A DNA stretch of 64,000 bases from a virus, in the IMG/VR virus record IMGVR_UViG_3300031525_000001, positions 122,276-186,275 of that record; one strand, given 5' to 3'. Positions 58,016 through 64,000 of the stretch are shown piece after piece (within the stretch, counting starts at the first letter, position 1; each line of letters opens with the position of its first letter). Under the pieces are notes generated by a model. That model was not told the origin of the DNA. It was given only the letters and a program-made list of their open reading frames with translations, and ran no database searches. Made by a program: the position numbers and the translations under genes.

Positions 58016-58530
58016 TAGATGCCGTCCTTCGCCGCTTTGGTTTTGAATTCTTTGGCGTTGTCGTAGATGCAGAGGACACCCAGATGCTCGGTGTTGCTGA
58101 GGATCATGGTGAAATCTTTGCCGCGATAGGTGGTGTCGCTCGCCCACTTAAATTCTCCCCACGGACGATCCGTGCAATCCTGTATTGGGAGATCATTCCC
58201 CAAGTTATGGAGGACTCTATTGAATTCCTCATCGTAGCCGAAGTATTCGTAGATTCGCTTCCGAAGTAGGTTGTACCCATTCAGGAGCGGGAATCCAGTT
58301 GATGTCGGCATGAGTTTTGAGTCTGACAGAGTGAGGCCGAAGCTGTCAAGCCAAAGCTTGATGTAGCTCAGCACTTTCGTGCCCGCCCACTTCGCCCGCA
58401 GGATTTGCTCGGGTGTCAACTTGGTGACATCTTCGAGGGTCTCGCAACCCAGTCGCTTCAGAACGTTTTTTGCTCTGGTCGGCAGGTTGCTCGATTTCTC
58501 AACACTGATCGCTAATACGTAGGCATCCAT
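58015..58530 (-). CDS. protein with an N-terminal RNA polymerase alpha-CTD-like domain
   Basis: NLPTRAKNVLKRLGCETLEDV...ILRAKWAGTKVLSYIK...GLTL aligns by eye to the alpha-CTD pattern LSVRxxNCLK..GI.T..DL...L....GxKS..EI...GL.L; AAGGAG RBS. Confidence 0.7.
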   Translation of the reverse strand: MDAYVLAISVEKSSNLPTRAKNVLKRLGCETLEDVTKLTPEQILRAKWAGTKVLSYIKLWLDSFGLTLSDSKLMPTSTGFPLLNGYNLLRKRIYEYFGYDEEFNRVLHNLGNDLPIQDCTDRPWGEFKWASDTTYRGKDFTMILSNTEHLGVLCIYDNAKEFKTKAAKDGI

Positions 58531-58612
58531 AGTGTTCTCCTTGCACCTCTATTCTACCAAGGGAACCCGAGTTTTAGCTAGGAATTTGTGGCTTTAGAAT
58601 CAAAGACTTACC

Positions 58613-58645
58613 AGAAAAGCCAAGGGGACACCCATGAGGTGCCCC
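58613..58645 (-). terminator. probable intrinsic terminator
   Basis: GGGG(G)CACC/GGTGTCCCC hairpin, then TTGGCTTTT on the minus strand. Confidence 0.5.
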
Positions 58646-58661
58646 CAAGCGAAAAGATTAA

Positions 58662-58977
58662 GAGCCACTGGGCGGATTCCTGACTACCACCCAAGCCTTA
58701 GCTAACGCATCGTTGTTCGGTCACAACCGTATTCGGGGATCAGCCGAACACTCGCCTTGCGGCTGGTTGGGAGGATTGGGTGCCTCCAGTCGGATACAGA
58801 TGTCAGTGTCGATTTGACGATTTGTCCGAGTCTTACGGGGGTCGATCTTGGCCAAGATCGCCTTCTTCAACCTTACAACGCATTAACTGTACCACCAGAC
58901 GGCACTCTCTTCGCTTTTCAGCGGCACCGCCCGAGCTTTAGTCCCTCATCAAGGACTTGTTCAGCCACGTGGCTCAC
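58662..58977 (-). ncRNA. candidate large structured ncRNA (about 315 nt)
   Basis: No credible ORF. 5' GAGCCAC pairs with 3' GTGGCTC; GAAA and GCAA tetraloop hairpins; 18-nt perfect palindrome at 58843-58860; flanked by promoter motif and terminator. Confidence 0.5.
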
Positions 58978-58999
58978 ATAGAGTAATACTGAAAGTCGG
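58970..58999 (-). promoter_or_regulatory. phage promoter-like motif (CCGACTTTCAGTATTACTCTAT-GTGAGCC)
   Basis: Best consensus copy; drives the candidate ncRNA. Confidence 0.6.
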
Positions 59000-59001
59000 A
59001 A

Positions 59002-59403
59002 CTATTTGGATTTGAATTTTGTGGAAAACGGGGTGACCCTCACAACGACAGCCGGGACGGTGCCGAAGCCTAGCCGCTCCCACGCGACGATTCGGTGGTG
59101 CCCGTCCAGTACGGTAAGCTGCCCGTCCTTCAGTTGCAGCCAAACGGCCTCGAACTCCCCGCTGATCTTGATGCGCTTTACCAGATCAGTCACCTCTCCG
59201 TCGAACAGGGGTGTGTCCCACCTCCATTTGCCTCCGTCCGCTGGGTTCCGCTCGATTGAGGTGAGGAGCACGTCTTGGTTTTCTATGGCTAGGTTGGTCT
59301 GGTTCGAGAGGTAGAGAGACCTGAGATTGAACCATGCGACGGACCTGCGGCGAGTGTGGTCCGAGAAAGGATCGACGTAGGAGACTACGAAGGGCTCGTA
59401 CAT
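59002..59403 (-). CDS. stand-alone ParB/Srx-like domain protein
   Basis: FEAVWL...TVLDGHHRIVAWERLG...VPAVVV. Confidence 0.8.
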   Translation of the reverse strand: MYEPFVVSYVDPFSDHTRRRSVAWFNLRSLYLSNQTNLAIENQDVLLTSIERNPADGGKWRWDTPLFDGEVTDLVKRIKISGEFEAVWLQLKDGQLTVLDGHHRIVAWERLGFGTVPAVVVRVTPFSTKFKSK

Positions 59404-60017
59404 AGCCTATCCAATTCCCGCTGCATATTCTCCCGAGCCAAGAGGGTGTACGCCCCGGCGAACTGAGGGCTGAAGTAAAGCTGCGGTCTGGCGAGAAATC
59501 TCTTCAGGAATGCCAATCGGCCAGCCTTCCACATCTCATCGCTGGCGAAGTTGTACTCCACGCGGATGAGGCGGGTGTTCTCGTCGTATTCCTCGGGAGG
59601 CAGCCCCAGTCCCGCGAGGTCGATATCGGTCACAAGGTTGGTGTGCTCGGTGTGAGTGGTGCTGAGAATGAGGCTGATGATCTTGTCGGCATCTTCCACA
59701 TCGAACCCCAGTACGGGGTTGTCCTTCTCGAAAACCATTGCGCTGCGAGCTTCGTTGTCGTCGCGGGTAGGCTCGTAAACCGCATCATGGTAGACCCACG
59801 CGAAGAAGGTAATGGGGCTCATTTTGTCGAAAAACTTGAAGTATTCGCTGAAGCCAAACTGGATATGCCCCAGTGTGTGATAATGGCGGTGGGGCTCAAG
59901 GTAGCGATTCATCAACGCCTTCCATACGTACCCGATTCTGATATCGGTGGGGCAGCACCTTCCCGCACGGGGAGCCGTCCGAACGAAGTCCGAGAATCTC
60001 AGGGTGTCAATCGCCAT
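59385..60017 (-). CDS. HD-superfamily metal-dependent phosphohydrolase
   Basis: RHYHTLGH, YHDAVYEP..DNEARSA, DIDLAGLG. Confidence 0.85.
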   Translation of the reverse strand: MAIDTLRFSDFVRTAPRAGRCCPTDIRIGYVWKALMNRYLEPHRHYHTLGHIQFGFSEYFKFFDKMSPITFFAWVYHDAVYEPTRDDNEARSAMVFEKDNPVLGFDVEDADKIISLILSTTHTEHTNLVTDIDLAGLGLPPEEYDENTRLIRVEYNFASDEMWKAGRLAFLKRFLARPQLYFSPQFAGAYTLLARENMQRELDRLCTSPS

Positions 60018-60037
60018 ACCCTATATAATACCATGTT

Positions 60038-61258
60038 TTAGTAGTCTTGCTGGATCATCGCCTGCGTGAACGCGATCTTGGATGTAACCGCCGCCGTCGA
60101 TGTGAGTCCGACCACCATGTACGCCCCCACAATGCTCGTTGTCGGAGTGTGAGTCGTAATCGTCGCGACGAGAACCCCATCAATGTAAAACTGTACGTTC
60201 GGCACGCTGTCATTGCAGATGATTACGAACCTGTGGGATTTCGTGTCCGCCGTCACCCCAGAACTAACTACGGTCTGCGTGGTGCCGTCGCTAGTCACGC
60301 ACTGCCATGCTGTATCTCCCGCGACAGTCGAAAATCTGAACGCCGCGTACTGGTTGGCGTGTAACGTGTCAGAACCGAAGATGGTTGTCGTGGACAGGGT
60401 GCTGTCAAACATTCCAACCCACACACGTTCCGTCACCAATTGAACGAGGTATAAATCAACAAACAGACTGAGGTTAGCTCCGTCGAACCACCAAGGCAGG
60501 AAGGTGTTGTTCGTCGAGCTTTGGTAACCGCCCGGGGTTGCAACGCCCGTTGACTGATACCAGTAGGACGCAGCTTGCTGGCTGGCGGCAACAGGAGCCG
60601 TCGCGCCGAAGGCCCCGCCGATAGCAAGACCCGAATCTTGAATCGCGGCTGGTCCCGCTGACCCAGATAGGTAGTGGGTCGCAGTCTTGCGTGCGCCCAC
60701 CAGTGTGCCGCCGCCAGTGGGGTCTTGCCAAGTCGCTACGAGGACAGGCGGCGAGCCCACGGCTACCGCAGTCAGAACTTGTCCCACGGTTGGGGGTATG
60801 CTGCTGACTGACGTACCATAAAGCATGTTGGCGTTGATGGTGCCATTGGAAAATGTCAGGACGCCGCCTAGACCCACGGTCAGCGTGGTTGTGCTGGGGA
60901 AATTTCCTGTGATTTGGCTAAAGTCGGTCGAACCGCCGCCTCCCCCACCACCGCTGGCATGGACGAGCAAAGACCCAGTGATGGCTCCATCGGGACCTAG
61001 AACAACCACTTTTCCTGCGTCGGATGGGTCTGGGGTCGGAGGGGAATTGACGGTGCCCGCAGTTGCGCCAACAAGCGTCTCTTGGATTAGGCCGCTTGGG
61101 AGGACGATCAGTTTGGCTAATTGGAAGTCGTTGACGAACTTCATAAACTGGGCGGTAGCATCGCAGCACTGATACAGCGCCCCCGCCTGCGTGTTGTATT
61201 GCGGGTACATCTGCTTGAACCGCTCAATGAGCGACTTGAGTTGTCTCGATACCAGCAT
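60038..61258 (-). CDS. putative tail fibre/virion protein
   Basis: G/T/S-rich; TDFSQITG segment shared with 22153-23763; beta-rich C-terminus (VQFYIDGVLVATIT). Start may be ATG 61144. Confidence 0.55.
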   Translation of the reverse strand: MLVSRQLKSLIERFKQMYPQYNTQAGALYQCCDATAQFMKFVNDFQLAKLIVLPSGLIQETLVGATAGTVNSPPTPDPSDAGKVVVLGPDGAITGSLLVHASGGGGGGGSTDFSQITGNFPSTTTLTVGLGGVLTFSNGTINANMLYGTSVSSIPPTVGQVLTAVAVGSPPVLVATWQDPTGGGTLVGARKTATHYLSGSAGPAAIQDSGLAIGGAFGATAPVAASQQAASYWYQSTGVATPGGYQSSTNNTFLPWWFDGANLSLFVDLYLVQLVTERVWVGMFDSTLSTTTIFGSDTLHANQYAAFRFSTVAGDTAWQCVTSDGTTQTVVSSGVTADTKSHRFVIICNDSVPNVQFYIDGVLVATITTHTPTTSIVGAYMVVGLTSTAAVTSKIAFTQAMIQQDY

Positions 61259-61285
61259 CGCTTCCTCCGTTAGGCGTGTGCCGCC

Positions 61286-61588
61286 TTAGTCTTTCGCTCG
61301 TACAGGTACGCGGAACCTACGATTTGGGATCGATCTGAGCGGTCCCAATGGTACGGCTGATCGCCCCACGCAATCAATGATCTCAAATACAAACGCTTTT
61401 TCACCGTGCTTGTTGAATGCTCGTTGGAGGATCGAACAGTGATGCTTGCCTGCTCTCAGACGATTGATATGATACTGCATTCGTGATCGACAGTTTCTTG
61501 TCGATCCGATGTACTTTTTCCCATTGAAAAGATTCCTGATTCGATAGACTACTGGTTCTTGCCGATTACAAGCTGGCTCATAGTGCAT
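61286..61588 (-). CDS. truncated GIY-YIG endonuclease (catalytic N-terminal part only)
   Basis: VYRIRNLFNGKKYIGST...H...LQRAFNKHG..AFVFEII, then an unrelated tail and an early stop. Confidence 0.65.
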   Translation of the reverse strand: MHYEPACNRQEPVVYRIRNLFNGKKYIGSTRNCRSRMQYHINRLRAGKHHCSILQRAFNKHGEKAFVFEIIDCVGRSAVPLGPLRSIPNRRFRVPVRAKD

Positions 61589-62334
61589 AGTGACGCCTGC
61601 TTGTCTGTCCGTCTACGGAGTAGTTGTGGTTGGACGATGTGGTTTCTTGAAGTAGCATAAAGATATTTTACCTCTACTACGTACCCAGTAGTCAATTTTT
61701 CGTCTTTCAGCTTAATCCCGCAAATCTCATGCAGCGTGCCCCGGTCGTCATAGCACGCGAGGCGCACGCTATTCTTGTGTCGCGGGCTCGGCCCGACTAC
61801 GATAGCTTCCAGCGTCTTCCAGAACTTGACTTTCTTGTGCTGCCCTGACTCGCCCTCGACATACGGAGCGGTCATGTCCCGCACGATCACGCCCTCGGCT
61901 CCATCTTCGAGCAACTGGATCACCAGTTGAGCCTTCGCTTCATGCGTCCGGGCGGTGTACAAGGGCTGAATCAGCTTGCTGAATCCGTCGAACTCCTGAT
62001 GGTAGCGGGCTTCGCGGTGCTCGTAAGAACTGGCACCACAAATCTCGTCGCCCAGAACCAGCGCATCGAACAACTTGAAAGTTTTGTTGCCGACCAACTC
62101 GCCTGCGATGATGAATTGGTGGAGGGGATGATTCTTGAGAACAGCAATTAGACCGCTTGGTAGACCCTTGGCAGGGTCGCCGTTGCGATTGAAATCGTGG
62201 ATGCCGTTCGAATCCTTGCAGATTGTGCGATACTCGCCGTTGAACTTTTCTTGATAGCCCCAACGCGGGTCGGGGCAATAGCGAGTTAGGACCGCTTTGT
62301 CAACCTCAACAGGTAGGTCTGCACGGATCGCCAA
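61549..62334 (-). CDS. compact ATP-dependent DNA ligase-like protein
   Basis: QEKFNGEYR (motif I), GEL, FDAL, EGVIVR, KKVK, then an OB-like C-terminus; TTG start after GGAGG. Confidence 0.8.
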   Translation of the reverse strand: MAIRADLPVEVDKAVLTRYCPDPRWGYQEKFNGEYRTICKDSNGIHDFNRNGDPAKGLPSGLIAVLKNHPLHQFIIAGELVGNKTFKLFDALVLGDEICGASSYEHREARYHQEFDGFSKLIQPLYTARTHEAKAQLVIQLLEDGAEGVIVRDMTAPYVEGESGQHKKVKFWKTLEAIVVGPSPRHKNSVRLACYDDRGTLHEICGIKLKDEKLTTGYVVEVKYLYATSRNHIVQPQLLRRRTDKQASLCTMSQLVIGKNQ

Positions 62335-62352
62335 GAGTTCCCCTCCACGATC

Positions 62353-62361
62353 ATTATACCC
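62353..62361 (-). promoter_or_regulatory. -10 element (GGGTATAAT)
   Basis: Upstream of the ligase SD and start. Confidence 0.55.
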
Positions 62362-62386
62362 AAATCGGAGGGTAAATCTCTAGCTT

Positions 62387-62725
62387 TTATGTCTTTGTTT
62401 TCAACTGCTTAGAGGCAGCTTTTGCCCGCTCTTTCTCCAGTGCCGTCATGCAGCCCTTGCAGTTGTCGGGGCTCTTGTCGTTGCCCTGCTCGAACTCGCT
62501 GCCGAACGTCATCCACCGCTTGCACAGGGAGCGCCCGCCACGGAAGTAATGCCACTTGGGGGAATTGAACAGGTACGTCCAGCCACGGAAGTAATGCCAC
62601 TTGGGGGAATTGAACAGGTACGTCCAGCCCTCGGTCGGCGGGGCGAGCGTAGGCTTCGGAAGCAAACGCGCAGGGGTCTCGTGCGTTGGGCCTGCGTAGC
62701 CCTCGTCGTCTTTGACTTCGTTCAT
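62387..62725 (-). CDS. small hypothetical protein with an internal 15-aa duplication
   Basis: GGAGG before ATG 62725; GWTYLFNSPKWHYFR twice; CKRW...CKGC. Confidence 0.65.
   Translation of the reverse strand: MNEVKDDEGYAGPTHETPARLLPKPTLAPPTEGWTYLFNSPKWHYFRGWTYLFNSPKWHYFRGGRSLCKRWMTFGSEFEQGNDKSPDNCKGCMTALEKERAKAASKQLKTKT
62537..62629. repeat. perfect 45-bp tandem duplication
   Basis: 62537-62581 is identical to 62582-62626. Confidence 0.95.
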
Positions 62726-62754
62726 AGTCGCCAGCCTCCAGCCAATTTCGTTGT

Positions 62755-63609
62755 CTAAGCCCATATCTTTGCAAACTCCTCGGGCGTCCAGCCCACCAGA
62801 TCGCTCACCTGCCCGTCACCACATTCTACCACACGCGGCGTGAAATCCGCACGTGTGGCGATGTCAACGGAGAAGAACGGGGCCGTGATGCGGTGCGCTA
62901 CTTCGTTCGCCAGCGGAAGGTAGCTGGTGTTCGCCATGATGTTGAAATTGGTGTCGATCTTCGGGGCAAACACCTTCCCGTTGACGACAAAGAAACGAAT
63001 CTCGGTCTGCGGAATGTACTCCTCGAACTGGCGGATACACAGACCGCCCTCGATGGTGCCCCGGAACTTCGCCATCTCTTCCACGACGCGGCGTAAGTCG
63101 GCGGCACTGCGAACCATGGAGCCGCCAGCCGTCTTGAGGGACTTCACGTAATCCTTCACGAAGCACTCACGCCAGCCCGTGCGCTTTAAGTTCCGCTCGA
63201 AGAATCGATCCCAGAGTTCGTCGGTGTCTTCGAAGTCGATGGTCTCTTTCGGAAACACGAGGGTTTCCGCCGTCATGTCGCTGAGCATGACATGCCAGTT
63301 CGGAATGTGATGCGTCTGGTAATACTGCTCTTTGGTCGTGCGGAGCGTGCCGCCGTACCAGTCAGCCAATTCTTCCAATCGACCGTACTCGTGCTCGTTG
63401 AGCATCCAGCCGCGATAGACGATATTGTCCTGCTTGAACGGGGTCTGTGCAACCAAACCGCCCCGAGGCGACCAGACCGAATCATCTTCGAGGTTGAGTA
63501 TGGCGTAGCCATAGCCAGCATCGGTCAGGGCCTTCGCCTGTAATTGAAAGTCACAGTCGATGACACGGTGGTTCAACGGATCAGCGGGAAACAGGAAATA
63601 TGGTTTCAT
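62755..63609 (-). CDS. ATP-grasp domain protein (R2K/DUF4343-like)
   Basis: YRGWML, FVKDYVKSLK, GGLCIRQFEE, EIRFFVVNG, FFSVDIA, VECGDGQVSDL; ATG 63609. Confidence 0.8.
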   Translation of the reverse strand: MKPYFLFPADPLNHRVIDCDFQLQAKALTDAGYGYAILNLEDDSVWSPRGGLVAQTPFKQDNIVYRGWMLNEHEYGRLEELADWYGGTLRTTKEQYYQTHHIPNWHVMLSDMTAETLVFPKETIDFEDTDELWDRFFERNLKRTGWRECFVKDYVKSLKTAGGSMVRSAADLRRVVEEMAKFRGTIEGGLCIRQFEEYIPQTEIRFFVVNGKVFAPKIDTNFNIMANTSYLPLANEVAHRITAPFFSVDIATRADFTPRVVECGDGQVSDLVGWTPEEFAKIWA

Positions 63610-63845
63610 GGTTTGCCTACCAGTTCGAGATTGTTCTGCACCAACCACTCTCCGAACGATACCGTGATCTGAGCCTTTTCATACAGCCTTGTCGCTCTGT
63701 CGAAGCCGACAAGTTTCTTGTCACCACGAAGATAGCCCCGAAGACGCAAGAGTGGTATGTCTAGGCCGCAACCGCCGCACAGAATACGCCCGTCAACGAG
63801 CTTCGTCTTAGGCGTAGCGCAAATTGGGCATGGGTCCTTACCCAT
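63606..63845 (-). CDS. small zinc-ribbon hypothetical protein
   Basis: CPIC...CGGC; ATGA coupling. Confidence 0.55.
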   Translation of the reverse strand: MGKDPCPICATPKTKLVDGRILCGGCGLDIPLLRLRGYLRGDKKLVGFDRATRLYEKAQITVSFGEWLVQNNLELVGKP

Positions 63846-64000
63846 CAGAATGTTTCCTGGAAGCCGCCGACGTTCCAGCGGCGTTGAAGGTTGCTTGGAA
63901 CGAACAGATCAACCGCATCATTGCTGCTTGAAAAGGGGCTTACACGCGGGCGAGTAACGCCGCCAGAATCAGAAGGCCGAGACCGAACCCACCGTCCCAC

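Noticed and set aside
58662-58977. RNase P RNA or group I intron
   Set aside because: GAACAAGTCC only loosely resembles GAGGAAAGUCC, the 3' conserved region is not evident, and P/Q/R/S elements are not recognisable. There is no interrupted host gene.
1-64000. Genome-wide TAG reassignment (code 15) suggested by the CUA tRNA
   Set aside because: Multi-kb ORFs contain no in-frame TAG, and TAG ends several genes at natural domain ends. Coding density under the standard code is already high.

Overview
This 64-kb window (roughly 55% GC by eye) is part of a large tailed dsDNA phage genome, probably jumbo-class. It has a terminase large subunit (14721-16853), tail/virion-like genes, about seven GIY-YIG/HNH homing endonucleases, a sigma-like factor and many small hypothetical genes. 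No integrase, CRISPR array, rRNA or RT is visible. Host-like TonB and Clp genes resemble Acidobacteriota proteins (inference from recalled sequence patterns). The main finding is a set of very long ORFs (3987-9770, 9760-13092, 40244-42130, 42709-54360) built as strings of independent domains. Nearly every junction carries a short [K/V/L/R]-x-[A/G]-[A/S/G] motif such as KTAA, KLAA or VTAA. The 3883-aa ORF alone holds about 24 modules: 14 ADP-ribosyltransferase-like (one a stub), 3 ParB/Srx-like, 2 GNAT, a SprT-like protease, a 2H phosphoesterase and a Nudix. A PPase-GNAT-RelA/SpoT polyprotein and a JAB peptidase sit just upstream. I infer a system in which the phage makes effector polyproteins and a protease of unusual K-x-A specificity cuts them into an enzyme arsenal, probably packaged in the head. 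This is not demonstrated. Other notable features are an amber-anticodon (CUA) tRNA, several candidate structured ncRNAs between promoter motifs and terminators, a recurring phage promoter motif (ACTTTCAGTATT-like), leaderless -10 promoters, a DUF3494 ice-binding-like virion protein, an RNAP alpha-CTD mimic, a HigA-like fragment, an Ada Zn domain, and a pyruvyltransferase plus glycosyltransferase pair. All family calls come from motifs read by eye; no database search was run.
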